From NCBI GenBank assembly GCA_041742135.1, contig JBGSJG010000001.1, positions 131,151 through 195,150 on the forward strand: a stretch of 64,000 nucleotides of DNA. Direction: 5' to 3'. Source of the DNA: Patescibacteria group bacterium. GTDB taxonomy: Bacteria > Patescibacteriota > Microgenomatia > UBA8517. The notes below the pieces were generated by a model that saw only the letters and a list, made by a program, of their open reading frames with translations, was not told the DNA's origin and did not search any database. The first letter of the stretch is position 1, and every line of letters starts with the position of its first letter. The position numbers and the translations under genes were made by a program. Positions 1 through 10,069 of the stretch are shown piece by piece.

Positions 1-638
1 TTGAGCCAAATTCTAGCAAAGAAACAAAAAGACTACTGGCCTTGGGTTTCAAAACCGCTTCTCCATCCTTACCTAGTAAAACCATTATTCTTGATTTAAA
101 TCTTTCAGAAGAAAAGCTTCTTGCCCAAATGCATCCAAAAACTCGCTATAACATCAAGCTTGCTGCCAAGCGTGGAATCAACATAGTTCACTCAGATAAA
201 GTAGAAGAATTTGCTGACTTTTGGCAAAAAAATCGTAAAGGAGCTCTTCCTCAAAAAAGATTCATCATAAATATTTTTAAGGCTTTTGACGATCAGGCTG
301 TGATTATTGAAGCCAAGTACAAAAGTGAATTGGTTGCCGCAGTTTTGCTACTTATTGCGAGTAAAACCGCTTACTATATGTATGCAGCTGCCAACACGCA
401 GGGCAAAAAACTTTTTGCGCCAACTCTCGCTACTTGGGAAGCAATTACACTCGCCAAAAAAATGGGTGCTACCGAGTTTGATTTTGAAGGCGTTTTTGAC
501 GAGCGCTTCCCATTGCCTTCCTGGGAAGGCTTTTCTAAATTTAAAAAAACGTTTGGCGGGCGAGAGCTCAGCTTTCCTGGCGCCTACAGAAGTTTTTATA
601 TTCGCAAAACTCGCAAAAAGGATGAGCTGAGCAGCTAA
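1..638 (+). CDS. FemABX-family peptidoglycan bridge-formation acyltransferase (5' truncated by window edge)
   Basis: Frame is open from the window start. Motifs TIILDLNLSEEKLLAQMHPKTRYNIK, AYYMYAA, AKKMGATEFDFEG and GFSKFKKTFGG are typical of FemAB/FemX. Confidence 0.85.
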   Translation, partial: EPNSSKETKRLLALGFKTASPSLPSKTIILDLNLSEEKLLAQMHPKTRYNIKLAAKRGINIVHSDKVEEFADFWQKNRKGALPQKRFIINIFKAFDDQAVIIEAKYKSELVAAVLLLIASKTAYYMYAAANTQGKKLFAPTLATWEAITLAKKMGATEFDFEGVFDERFPLPSWEGFSKFKKTFGGRELSFPGAYRSFYIRKTRKKDELSS

Positions 639-3456
639 AATTACTGCTTTCAATCTCACGCCGTATCTCAAAAACCTCATCAACAACTTGCTTGATTTGA
701 TCCATGGAGCGAGTAGTTGAAATTTTTGTATTCTCATCCAAAAACCATAGTGTAAGTTTTATGTTTTCAAGTTTGCCTACAAAAGGCGGCTCAGAAATCT
801 TGACTGCTGCCAAAGCATACAGACTAAGCTGCAAGTTCTTGTCGACCTCCTTTTGAGTCGGGATACGGGCACCGGTTTTGTAATCAATAATTTCAATTCC
901 CCCAGAAGTCTTGTCCACCCTATCCATTACCCCACCGATTTTTAAAGGTGCCTCGCCGAGCACTTCCAAAGGAATTGTGAAAGGGCGCTCAAGAAGAACG
1001 GGTAAAGGCCTGTCTTTTTCAGATTTATAAAAAGATCTAAGCATATCTTGAGCTTTTTGAAAAGATTGCCTCTCGTGCGCCCGGCTTATAAATCCATCGT
1101 CAATCCAATTGGAAGAGAGAAAATTTTGCAAATTTTTAAGTGATGCTTTTTGCCCAGAAATTAAGCTTTCGTGATACGCCTTTATTGCTTTGTGGACCGA
1201 GCTTCCCAAAGAAAGCGCGCTACTGGCAGCTGTGGGAACACCAAGAATATATCGCAATTTATAGTGAAGTGGGCAAAGCTTAAATGCTTCAATTTGCGAA
1301 TAAGAAAGATAGTGAATGTGCAGTTTTTGGTGAGTGTCAGCGCGTGAGGGGGAAAGGGTTGGTGAAAAACTGGCTAAATCAGCCTTCTGTTCCTTTGTGT
1401 TCTCCTCTTCACTTTTTAAAACATCTTCACCGAGCGCTTCAAAAATAAAAGGAGAAAACTTTTTTGGGCGGCTTAGAGTCTCGCCGTAAAAATCTGAAGC
1501 CATAAAGAATAAATGGTCGCGGGCACGCGTCATACCGACATAAAACAAGCGGCGCTCCTCCTCAAGATGGACATCCCCTTCAGGCAAAATTTCCTTTAGT
1601 ATTCCGTCTGGCAAAGGAATTGCATCGTGCCTTCCCACACTCGGGAAGCGAAGAGAAACTAAGTTAACCAAAAAAACCACAGGAAACTCCAAGCCTTTCG
1701 AGGAATGAATTGTTAGAATGTTTACTGCATTTTGGGTCGTCCAGTCTTCCTCGGCTGCCCGTGGAGACTCGCCCATTTCGCTCGCGAGTTCAATCCAATC
1801 AACCACTTCAAAAACAGTGGCTCCGGCGTGATTGGCTTCGTAATTTTTAATGCGCTCAAACAATAGCCCAATGTTGGCAGTGCGCTTTTGCCGTTCTTCT
1901 GTATCTGGCTCAATATACTTTTGCATGATGTCCATATGAGTCAAAAAATCGTAAAGAATTTTGCCCGAGGAAGTGGCCTTTAAATTTACCTGTTGGCTAT
2001 TTATAATCTCTCGAAGTTTAGTCAAGATCACTTCTGAGCTTTCTTCTAACTCAAGATCGTGGGAACTTTCCAGAACCTCAAACAAAGTTTTATTTTTTCG
2101 TTTGGCATAGGTTGTCATTTTGATTAAATCAGATGGTATAACTGAAATCTCTGGCATCGACAAAACCTGATACATCGCGGCACTATCGTTTTGGTCGGTA
2201 AGAATTTTAAGATACGAAATCATCTCCACCACCTCGGGTTGAAGAAACAGTTTTTCGGGCCCCAGAAATTGAAAAGGCACATTGTGATATTTGAGTGAAC
2301 TTATAAACGGATCTGCGTGGGCATTAGCGCGAACCAATATTGCAAAATCGCTCCATGCCAGTTTGTGTTTATCTGCCAACTTTTTAATCGTTTGAGTAAC
2401 CGCCTCTGCTTCATCGGCAACTTTTTTTCTATGAATAAACCGAATGCTACTTTTGCCCTTTCTTTGAGAAACTAGTTTTTTATTTATTCCCTCACGAGAC
2501 TCCAGCCGATCTGGGTCGTTGTGTTTTATGAGCCTATAAGAAGCATCCAAAATTGTTTGGTTGCTACGATAATTTTTTGTTAAAACTGCCAATTTTGAAT
2601 TGGGAAATTTTTTCCTAAACTGCAAAACATTTGATACCGATGCTCCACGAAAACGGTAAATACTTTGGTCATCGTCCGCCACTGCGGTGATATTGGCGCG
2701 CTCTCCCGCAAGCATCAGGGCAAGCTCAAACTGAGAATAATTTGTATCCTGAAATTCGTCCACCATAATGTACTTATATTTTTTTTGATACTCTTTTAGG
2801 ATATTCGGGCGCTTTTTAAACAAGTCGAGCGTTTTAACAATTAAATCGCCAAAATCAAAAAAACCTGCATGGGCTTTCAACTCTTCATATTTTGCGTATG
2901 CATTTGAAAGCTCTTGCCATTTCTTCTTTTCAATTGCATCCATTTTCCTTTGCTTATTAACCCAATTTTTATAATCCCTCGGAGTAATATTTTCATCTTG
3001 AAGGCGGCTAAAGTGCGTCACCATTCCTTCGACAAATTTCGTTGGATTTCCTACGGGGCGAAAATAATCTAAATCAAATTCATACATATTTTTTCGGAAA
3101 AACTGAATCGTTTCAGCGCGGCTCAGAAGTGAATAGTCTGTCGTTAATCCAATAGCCAGCACTTCATCTCGCAAGACGCGATCACAAAAACCATGGAATG
3201 TTGAGATCTGCATCTCGGTGTACCCATAAGGCATAGCCACATCGACTCGCTCCTGCATTTCGGCTGCTGCTTTTTCTGTGAAAGTTAAGGCCAACACCTC
3301 GGACGGTTTTGCAGCACCAGTTTTGATTAAGCGCAAAATTCTCTCTGTTATTACTGTAGTTTTTCCAGTCCCCGCTCCAGCAATAATAAGCAGCGGCCCC
3401 CGACCGTGCTTTACAGCTGACAGTTGTTCTTTGTTTAGCTTTTTAGCGACCATCAT
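568..3456 (-). CDS. UvrD/PcrA-like SF1 helicase fused to C-terminal PD-(D/E)XK nuclease with 4-Cys (Fe-S) motif
   Basis: AGAGTGKT, VDEFQD, DDDQSIYRFRGA, TIHSSKGLEF and EEERRLFYVGMTRA helicase motifs. C-terminal LSYSQ..CP, GVMDRVD, IIDYKTG, QLSLY and CEFCEYKNFC nuclease motifs. Confidence 0.92.
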   Translation of the reverse strand: MMVAKKLNKEQLSAVKHGRGPLLIIAGAGTGKTTVITERILRLIKTGAAKPSEVLALTFTEKAAAEMQERVDVAMPYGYTEMQISTFHGFCDRVLRDEVLAIGLTTDYSLLSRAETIQFFRKNMYEFDLDYFRPVGNPTKFVEGMVTHFSRLQDENITPRDYKNWVNKQRKMDAIEKKKWQELSNAYAKYEELKAHAGFFDFGDLIVKTLDLFKKRPNILKEYQKKYKYIMVDEFQDTNYSQFELALMLAGERANITAVADDDQSIYRFRGASVSNVLQFRKKFPNSKLAVLTKNYRSNQTILDASYRLIKHNDPDRLESREGINKKLVSQRKGKSSIRFIHRKKVADEAEAVTQTIKKLADKHKLAWSDFAILVRANAHADPFISSLKYHNVPFQFLGPEKLFLQPEVVEMISYLKILTDQNDSAAMYQVLSMPEISVIPSDLIKMTTYAKRKNKTLFEVLESSHDLELEESSEVILTKLREIINSQQVNLKATSSGKILYDFLTHMDIMQKYIEPDTEERQKRTANIGLLFERIKNYEANHAGATVFEVVDWIELASEMGESPRAAEEDWTTQNAVNILTIHSSKGLEFPVVFLVNLVSLRFPSVGRHDAIPLPDGILKEILPEGDVHLEEERRLFYVGMTRARDHLFFMASDFYGETLSRPKKFSPFIFEALGEDVLKSEEENTKEQKADLASFSPTLSPSRADTHQKLHIHYLSYSQIEAFKLCPLHYKLRYILGVPTAASSALSLGSSVHKAIKAYHESLISGQKASLKNLQNFLSSNWIDDGFISRAHERQSFQKAQDMLRSFYKSEKDRPLPVLLERPFTIPLEVLGEAPLKIGGVMDRVDKTSGGIEIIDYKTGARIPTQKEVDKNLQLSLYALAAVKISEPPFVGKLENIKLTLWFLDENTKISTTRSMDQIKQVVDEVFEIRREIESSNFSCSAHPFCEFCEYKNFCRRQES

Positions 3457-4417
3457 CGATTTGAGTAGGCGGCTCTGGGGTAGTCAGATTCACGCTTGCA
3501 ACTTTTTGTCCAAGTTTTCCAAAAGTATTTACCACATTACCCATTGCGTTATTGGCATTTACAACATGCTTTTGTAATACCGACAAGCTCTCGTCCACTT
3601 TTTCGTAGTCTTTTCTAATTGCTCGGATTGCTCCTAAAACCTCTTTTGCTTTAAGACTCACAGCTTGGCCTTCAAAACTCATAAGAATCGCTCGCATGTA
3701 TGCGTAAAAAGTCGTAGGGGAAACGGGAAGTATTCTCTTTTTGCTAGCGTAATCAAAGAGGTCTGCGTTGTTGACTATTTCGTAGTACACCGCCTCGGAC
3801 GGAATATACATTAGTGCATAGTCAATCGTCCCTTCGTCGGCCAAAATATACTTTCGGCCGATGTCGTCTATGTGTTTTTTAACATCTCTTTCAAAATCAC
3901 GAAGCACACGAGCGCGTTCGGCCTCATCAGGAGTTGCCATAAGTTTTCTAAAATTTTCCATTGGGAACTTTGAATCAATTGGCACAATCCCAGCTGAAGT
4001 CTTAATTGCAGCGTCGACCTTTTCACCTGATTTAAAAGCGTACTGCAAGTGAAATGAATTTTTAGGGAGCATCTGTCCCAAAAGCTCTTTTAAAATGTGT
4101 TCGCCCATGTTCCCTCGAAGTTTAGGACTTTGCAAAAATTCCTGGAGCTCTTTCATGCCGCGTCCTATTTCGTTCATTTCGCCTAAATTTTTTTGAACCT
4201 GCGAAATGACCCGCGCCGCGGAGTCTAGTCTTTGATTGATGTCGCTTGAGTTTCTCTGCAGCGACTCAAGCATCATCTGTCTATCTTTTACTGAAGTGTC
4301 TTGGAGCATCGAGAAAATTTTAAGCATGTCGCCTGAGGGTTTTAGTTTATAGTTGATAAAATACAAAACTACCAAAAACCCCACTACAATTACTGCTATT
4401 ATTAGAAGTACATCCAC
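3443..4417 (-). CDS. rmuC: DNA recombination protein RmuC
   Basis: N-terminal TM and coiled coil, PKLRGNMGE, PIDSKFP, YALMYIPSEAVY, VSPTT. Confidence 0.9.
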   Translation of the reverse strand: MDVLLIIAVIVVGFLVVLYFINYKLKPSGDMLKIFSMLQDTSVKDRQMMLESLQRNSSDINQRLDSAARVISQVQKNLGEMNEIGRGMKELQEFLQSPKLRGNMGEHILKELLGQMLPKNSFHLQYAFKSGEKVDAAIKTSAGIVPIDSKFPMENFRKLMATPDEAERARVLRDFERDVKKHIDDIGRKYILADEGTIDYALMYIPSEAVYYEIVNNADLFDYASKKRILPVSPTTFYAYMRAILMSFEGQAVSLKAKEVLGAIRAIRKDYEKVDESLSVLQKHVVNANNAMGNVVNTFGKLGQKVASVNLTTPEPPTQIDDGR

Positions 4418-4783
4418 ATGCCCATTGTATCAGACAAGATAAAATCTAAAGTCAAGCGTAGGAGGGAAAAAAAGATCGCTTACAAAAGCCGCCTGCCTTT
4501 AACTCTGGTTACTGCAGCCATTTGGGGAATACTCATATCAGTTGTGCTTTTTTTAGATCCCTCGCGAAGCTGGGCTCTGGAGATATTTTTGATTAGCTTA
4601 TACTTGTGTTTGCTTTTAACCATTTCACTTTTTACCAAGAAGGTTTGGCAAGGGCTTCTGTGGGCTTCGGCAACTACCTTGTTTCTTGTCTTAAGATACG
4701 TTGGTATTGGAAATCTGTTTAATTTTTTTCTTATCATTGGAGTGGTGTTGGTCGTAGAATTTCGTCTTTTAAAGCGACCTTGA
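4418..4783 (+). CDS. Small four-TM membrane protein, hypothetical
   Basis: Basic N-terminus followed by four hydrophobic segments. Fills the gap between rmuC and the next gene; start uncertain. Confidence 0.6.
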   Translation: MPIVSDKIKSKVKRRREKKIAYKSRLPLTLVTAAIWGILISVVLFLDPSRSWALEIFLISLYLCLLLTISLFTKKVWQGLLWASATTLFLVLRYVGIGNLFNFFLIIGVVLVVEFRLLKRP

Positions 4784-4825
4784 CTGGCTGTGGTCGTATT
4801 TATATACTGGTTTAGTTGACTAAAC

Positions 4826-5179
4826 ATGCGATCTTCAAATAATAAAATCAACAAATTACTCAAACGGCAAATCGACGATCTGTTTTTAAAGACAATACTG
4901 GATCTTAAAAATCCTGTCGAAACGGAGGATTTTGTTAATGATTTTTTAACTGAGTCGGAGCGAGACGTTTTGGCAAAACGGCTGGGGGTTGCCTATTGGC
5001 TTAAAAAGGGCAGAAGCTACGCTAACATAAAAGAGAACCTCAAGGTAAGTAGTGCAACAATCTCTAGTGTTCAAGGTATTTTAAAGCACAAAGGTGTTGA
5101 AAATGCGCTTAAAAAAATGGAGGCTGAGGAATGGGCTTCCCAGTGGACCGAGAAGATTAAAAAGTTTGTACGTAAATAG
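4826..5179 (+). CDS. TrpR-like (YerC/YecD) helix-turn-helix protein
   Basis: DFLTESERDVLAKRLGVAYWL..G.SY..I...L.VSSATIS pattern of the TrpR/YerC family. Confidence 0.8.
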   Translation: MRSSNNKINKLLKRQIDDLFLKTILDLKNPVETEDFVNDFLTESERDVLAKRLGVAYWLKKGRSYANIKENLKVSSATISSVQGILKHKGVENALKKMEAEEWASQWTEKIKKFVRK

Positions 5180-5230
5180 GATTTCTTCATTAGGTTTGGG
5201 GGTACGACGCTTCGTGTTAAAATAGTCCAG

Positions 5231-6622
5231 ATGGCCAATAAATTTTATATAACAACTGCAATTGACTACACAAATGACGTAGTTCATATAGGCCACTCCT
5301 ACCAAAAAATATTGGCGGATGCCCTCGCTCGTTACCATCGTTCTGTTGGCGATAACACCTTTTTTTTGACAGGAACTGATGAACATGGGCAAAAGGTAGA
5401 AAAAAGCGCAAAAGACAAAAATATTGACCCTAAAAAGTTTGTAGACGAGATTGCCAGCAAAGATCGTGAACAATGGGAACAGTTAAACATTTCATTCGAT
5501 AGATTTATAAGAACCACAGACGAAGATCACATAAAAGTAGCTCAGGATTTTTTTTCAAAAGCTAAAGAGAACGGCGATATCTATTTAGACAAATATGAAG
5601 GTCTGTATTGCGAGGGATGTGAGGCATATTATGAAGAAAAAGATCTGATCGACGGGAAATGCCCTTTTCACCCAAACAAGGAAATACAAAAAATTTCCGA
5701 GGAGAATTATTTTTTTAGACTCTCGAAATATCAAGATTTTTTAAAGGACTACATTTCCAAGCACCCAGAGTTTGTCCAGCCTGAGAACCGTCGAAATGAA
5801 ATATTGGCATTTATTAACTCCGGACTTAAAGACTTTTCCGTAAGTCGACAGAATGTCTCTTGGGGTATTCCTGTTCCCGGTGACGATAACCACACAATCT
5901 ATGTGTGGTTTGATGCACTCATTAACTATTACACTTACGGAGAACAAGTTAACGCTTGGCCTGCAGACGTTCATGTACTTGGCAAGGACAATCAACGCTT
6001 CCATGCGATTTATTGGCCTGCGATGCTTCAATCGGTCGGCTTACCACTGCCAAAAACTATATTGGTTCACGATTTTTTTAGTCTCAACGGTCAAAAAATT
6101 AGCAAGTCACTTGGCAATGTAATTCTTCCAAGCGATCTAGTAAAACAATTCGGTACAGACGGTGTGCGATACTTTTTTTTGAGACATGGTCCGATCGTAG
6201 ACGATGTAGACATAACTATTGAAAAAATTGCCGATTCTTATAATGCAGATTTGGCCAATGGATTGGGCAATTTAGTTTCTCGTATTGCGGCATTATGCGA
6301 AAAATCAACATTTACTTTTCCGCTTAAGGAATCTAAAAGCGATCATCACGTAAATCATGCCATGGATCGCTTTCGCCCAGACGAAGCGCTTGAAACAATT
6401 TGGGGACACATAAAACACACTGATCAGTATTTATCTGAAAGTACGCCTTGGAAAAAAGAGGGAGATGAATTGTTTGAAATTCTCTCTACTGTAGTTGACG
6501 AAGTGCGGCTAATCGGCTCACTTCTTGTTCCGTTTCTTCCGACCACTGCCGAAAAAATTCGTCGTCAATTTGACGAAACAAAGATTAAATCACAAGAGCC
6601 ACTTTTCCCCCGTATTACATAA
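5231..6622 (+). CDS. metG: Methionine--tRNA ligase (short form)
   Basis: YITTAIDY, HIGH, LTGTDEHG, CEGC...CPFH knuckle, YVWFDAL, KISKS. Confidence 0.96.
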   Translation: MANKFYITTAIDYTNDVVHIGHSYQKILADALARYHRSVGDNTFFLTGTDEHGQKVEKSAKDKNIDPKKFVDEIASKDREQWEQLNISFDRFIRTTDEDHIKVAQDFFSKAKENGDIYLDKYEGLYCEGCEAYYEEKDLIDGKCPFHPNKEIQKISEENYFFRLSKYQDFLKDYISKHPEFVQPENRRNEILAFINSGLKDFSVSRQNVSWGIPVPGDDNHTIYVWFDALINYYTYGEQVNAWPADVHVLGKDNQRFHAIYWPAMLQSVGLPLPKTILVHDFFSLNGQKISKSLGNVILPSDLVKQFGTDGVRYFFLRHGPIVDDVDITIEKIADSYNADLANGLGNLVSRIAALCEKSTFTFPLKESKSDHHVNHAMDRFRPDEALETIWGHIKHTDQYLSESTPWKKEGDELFEILSTVVDEVRLIGSLLVPFLPTTAEKIRRQFDETKIKSQEPLFPRIT

Positions 6623-6623
6623 A

Positions 6624-8114
6624 ATGAAAAAATTCATCCGCAGCCACTACCGCTTTTTCTATAGACTACTAGAAATTCTTCCTGGCCTTTTTTCTTGGAA
6701 CTTGATCCTTTTTCCCTACTGGGGCATTTTTGTAATGCCGAACGCCGTCGCTTATTTCGTACTTTTATTTAACATTTATTGGTTTTACCAATCTTTTCAA
6801 ATCGCAATTAGCGCCACACTGTCGCATTTTAGAATGCAGGCCGCTATGAAATATGATTGGGTGGAGGATCTTAAGAGTTTTCCCGACTGGCAGAAAGTAC
6901 ATCACGTAGTCCTTATTCCAACCTACAAAGAGCCCTTACATGTTCTGGCACGCACCATCGAATCACTGGCAAAACAAACTCTTCCTCTAAAACAAATTAC
7001 TGTAGTTCTGGCCATGGAAGCTCGAGAGCCGGAAAGCGATCGACAAGTAAAAGTAGATGCTCTTAAGAAAAAATATGGAGCAGGTTTTGGGAACTTTTTG
7101 GTCACAGTCCACACGCTAAAACCAGGAGAAATAATTGGCAAATCATCCAACGAACGCCATGCGGCCATTGAGGTCAAAAAACAATTGGTTGACGACGGTG
7201 AGTATGACATAAATTACATGACAGCAACGAGCTGTGATGCTGACCATGTTTATCACCAAAACCACTTTGCATCTCTTACTTTTAAGTTTCTTGATAACCC
7301 CAAACGCTACAATTTCTTCTGGCAACCGGCAGTCATGTTTTACAACAACATTTGGGAGTTGCCCGCCATAACTCGCGTTCCTGCGACGTTAAGCTCTATT
7401 TGGAATTTGTCACAATTGCCTCGCCGAGACAGGCTTATTAACGCACAAAATTATACTTTGTCATATAAATTACTTGATGAAGTTGACTACTGGGACCCTG
7501 ATAAAATTCCTGAAGATTGGGGCATTTTCTTTAAAGCCTTTTATGCCAAAAAGGGTGGAATCGAAGTTGAGCCAATTTATCTGCCTCTTAGTGCTGATGC
7601 TGTGCAGTCTACTACGCTACTTAAAACTCTTAAAAGTCAATATCAGCAACAAAAACGCTGGGCGTGGGGAGTCTCAGACGATCCTTGGATTATCAAAAAT
7701 TATCTTTTTGTGCCCGGAGTGCCTTTTGTCGACAAGACCACTCGTCTTTTCTCGGTAATCTGGCAACATTTTATGTGGCCGGTGAATTGGTTTATTGTCA
7801 CTGTCGGACTAACGCTTCCAACAATCATCAATCCCGCATTTGGCCGCACGACTTTGGGCTACACAGTTCCAAAAATTTCTTCGTTCGTTCTTACTCTAGC
7901 TCTTGCTTTCCTAATAGTAATGCTTGTTTTGGATAGAATTTATAAACCCAAAAGACCCAAGAACTTTCCTCTTTGGCGAGCAATGTTAACTCCTTTTGAG
8001 TTTATCCTCATGCCTTTTGCAGGTTTCGTTTTTGGGGCCCTTCCCGGCCTTGATGCTCACACGCGCCTTATGCTTGGAAAATACATTGAGTACAGAGTAA
8101 CTGAAAAGGTTTAA
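6624..8114 (+). CDS. Membrane GT2-family glycosyltransferase (processive-type motifs)
   Basis: IPTYKEP, CDAD, IPED and QQKRW (QxxRW) motifs with flanking TM helices. ATG at 6624, just after the metG stop, is preferred to 6525. Confidence 0.82.
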   Translation: MKKFIRSHYRFFYRLLEILPGLFSWNLILFPYWGIFVMPNAVAYFVLLFNIYWFYQSFQIAISATLSHFRMQAAMKYDWVEDLKSFPDWQKVHHVVLIPTYKEPLHVLARTIESLAKQTLPLKQITVVLAMEAREPESDRQVKVDALKKKYGAGFGNFLVTVHTLKPGEIIGKSSNERHAAIEVKKQLVDDGEYDINYMTATSCDADHVYHQNHFASLTFKFLDNPKRYNFFWQPAVMFYNNIWELPAITRVPATLSSIWNLSQLPRRDRLINAQNYTLSYKLLDEVDYWDPDKIPEDWGIFFKAFYAKKGGIEVEPIYLPLSADAVQSTTLLKTLKSQYQQQKRWAWGVSDDPWIIKNYLFVPGVPFVDKTTRLFSVIWQHFMWPVNWFIVTVGLTLPTIINPAFGRTTLGYTVPKISSFVLTLALAFLIVMLVLDRIYKPKRPKNFPLWRAMLTPFEFILMPFAGFVFGALPGLDAHTRLMLGKYIEYRVTEKV

Positions 8115-8152
8115 TTGAATAATTGCTTCAGATGCCGCTATACTTAAAAATA

Positions 8153-9655
8153 ATGCGGCACGCCTTCCACGAACCCAAGTGGCTACAGAAGATCCATGCT
8201 CCTTCGTGGGTGGTTTTAATCCTAGCCATTATTTTTATCTTTCGCATTCCCTCTTTCTTTGAACCTTTTTATTACGGCGATGAGATGATTTACCTGAACC
8301 TTGGCGAAGCTACCAAGCGGGGAATGGTTTTATATCGTGACATTCACGACAACAAGCCTCCGCTTTTATATTTAACCGCGGCTGTTGCTGGAAACGTGTT
8401 TTGGTTTCGAGCAATTTTGGCTGGATGGATGATGCTGACCACAGTTGCTTTTTGGCGACTATGCACGGCTCTATTTATCAAAAATCAATGGATTGTTAAG
8501 TCTTCAGTCGTAGCTTTTGCAATACTCACCACACTACCTCTTTTAGAAGGCCAATGCGCCAACGCAGAGCTATTCATGATTGGCCCGACGATTTTGGCCT
8601 TTTATGTACTTCTGACAAAAAAACTTAACGCAATCAATTTGTTTGCAGCCGGACTGTTGCTGTCCGTAAGCACACTTTTCAAAGTACCTGCAGCTTTTGA
8701 TATTGGAGCAATTATCTTTTTGTGGTTAGTTACTATTAAACTAAGACGCAAAGATCTAACCAACTTCGTGCGCCAGAATTTGCTTTTGGTTGCTGGTTAT
8801 CTACTTCCAATTCTTGTTAGTTTAGTTTGGTACTATTCACGCGGCGCGATCAGCGAGTACCTTATTGCTGCATATTTACAAAATTTCGGTTATTTATCTT
8901 CATGGAGAGCCGGTGGCGCAGCCGAGCCTTTCCTTGTTAAAAACGGCCCACTTCTGCTTCGTGGGGCGGTTTTGCTTGTAGGGCTTGGGGTCATGTGGTT
9001 TTTCAGAAACAAACTTACTCGACAATTTATGTTCGTGGTTGGCTGGTTCTTGTTCGCACTTTTCGCGGCGACTTTGTCTGAAAGACCATATCCTCACTAT
9101 CTGATCCAGGTAGTTCCTGCGGTCAGCATACTTGTGGGCATGCTACTTGCGTCGCGATCGGTTCAACAGTCACTCGTAGTTGTACCGCTGTTTGTGTTAG
9201 TGATAGCCGTAATTCGTTTTCAATTTTGGTATTACCCAAGCGCCCCATATTACGAGAGGTTTGTGTCATACGCGTTAGGGGAGAGCACGCACGAGGAATA
9301 CTTTAACTCTTTTGACGCAGCAACAACTAGAAACTACGAAATCGCTAAGTTTATAGTTACCTCGACTCACGAAGACGACAAGATTTTTGTCTGGGGAGAT
9401 TCACCTACCATCTATGCGCTGTCAAAAAGATTTCCACCACTTAAATATGTTGCCACTTATCATATAAATGATTTTTCCTCGCCCGTAGAAACAATATCAG
9501 CTATCAGCGAAAACAAGCCAAAGTTAATCATTGTTTTGCCCAATTCCCAGTCTTTCCCCGAGCTTGAGGCTTTCATTCGCAATTATTATATTGAAATAGA
9601 AAAAATTGACGGTGCTGGAATATGGATGTTTTCAAATTCGCTGAGCCTCCTTTAA
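8153..9655 (+). CDS. Polytopic GT-C-type (PMT/ArnT-like) glycosyltransferase
   Basis: About 11 TM segments, GDEMIY, LYRDIHDNKPP, YPHY, and a C-terminal soluble domain with IFVWG. ATG 8153 follows a TATACT box. Confidence 0.72.
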   Translation: MRHAFHEPKWLQKIHAPSWVVLILAIIFIFRIPSFFEPFYYGDEMIYLNLGEATKRGMVLYRDIHDNKPPLLYLTAAVAGNVFWFRAILAGWMMLTTVAFWRLCTALFIKNQWIVKSSVVAFAILTTLPLLEGQCANAELFMIGPTILAFYVLLTKKLNAINLFAAGLLLSVSTLFKVPAAFDIGAIIFLWLVTIKLRRKDLTNFVRQNLLLVAGYLLPILVSLVWYYSRGAISEYLIAAYLQNFGYLSSWRAGGAAEPFLVKNGPLLLRGAVLLVGLGVMWFFRNKLTRQFMFVVGWFLFALFAATLSERPYPHYLIQVVPAVSILVGMLLASRSVQQSLVVVPLFVLVIAVIRFQFWYYPSAPYYERFVSYALGESTHEEYFNSFDAATTRNYEIAKFIVTSTHEDDKIFVWGDSPTIYALSKRFPPLKYVATYHINDFSSPVETISAISENKPKLIIVLPNSQSFPELEAFIRNYYIEIEKIDGAGIWMFSNSLSLL

Positions 9656-9694
9656 TTGAATACACCCACAGGCGTAATATACAATAAGCTCGCA

Positions 9695-10069
9695 ATGAAA
9701 AGTTTATCTTTTAAATTTACGGCTTTCGTGGAACTCATACCTGGAAAAAAAATTGGTTTGGGGTTTATTCTTGTAAATGCTCTGGCAATTTTGGTGGTCT
9801 ATATAATGTCTCACTTAATCCTTCCTCCTTCTGTCCCACTTTTCTACGGTAAGCCGTACGGCGCTGAACAATTGGCATCTGCTTTACACTTGGTCATTCC
9901 ACCCTTGGCCGCGATTGTCCTGTCAGCTGTCAACGTTGTAGTTAGTCGAGTTGCAAAGGACGAATTCATAAATAACGTTTTATTTGGAGCGATAGCAGTC
10001 GTCACGCTCCTTTCTTTGATAACCATAGTCAAAATTATCTTTTTAGTCGGAAATATTAATGTTATTTGA
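9695..10069 (+). CDS. Small three-TM membrane protein (DUF1648-like)
   Basis: LPPSVPLFY..PYG..QLA motif between TM helices. Overlaps the start of the next gene. Confidence 0.6.
   Translation: MKSLSFKFTAFVELIPGKKIGLGFILVNALAILVVYIMSHLILPPSVPLFYGKPYGAEQLASALHLVIPPLAAIVLSAVNVVVSRVAKDEFINNVLFGAIAVVTLLSLITIVKIIFLVGNINVI

Noticed and set aside
568-1330. Cas4-like nuclease motif suggesting a CRISPR-Cas locus
   Set aside because: It is the C-terminal domain of a UvrD helicase. No cas1/cas2 or repeat-spacer array was seen anywhere in the window.
6525-6623. Long N-terminal overlaps given by the ORF track (also 15768, 22662, 26745, 36942, 41395)
   Set aside because: Downstream ATGs match family N-termini and promoter or coupling signals; the extensions are artefacts of longest-ORF calling.
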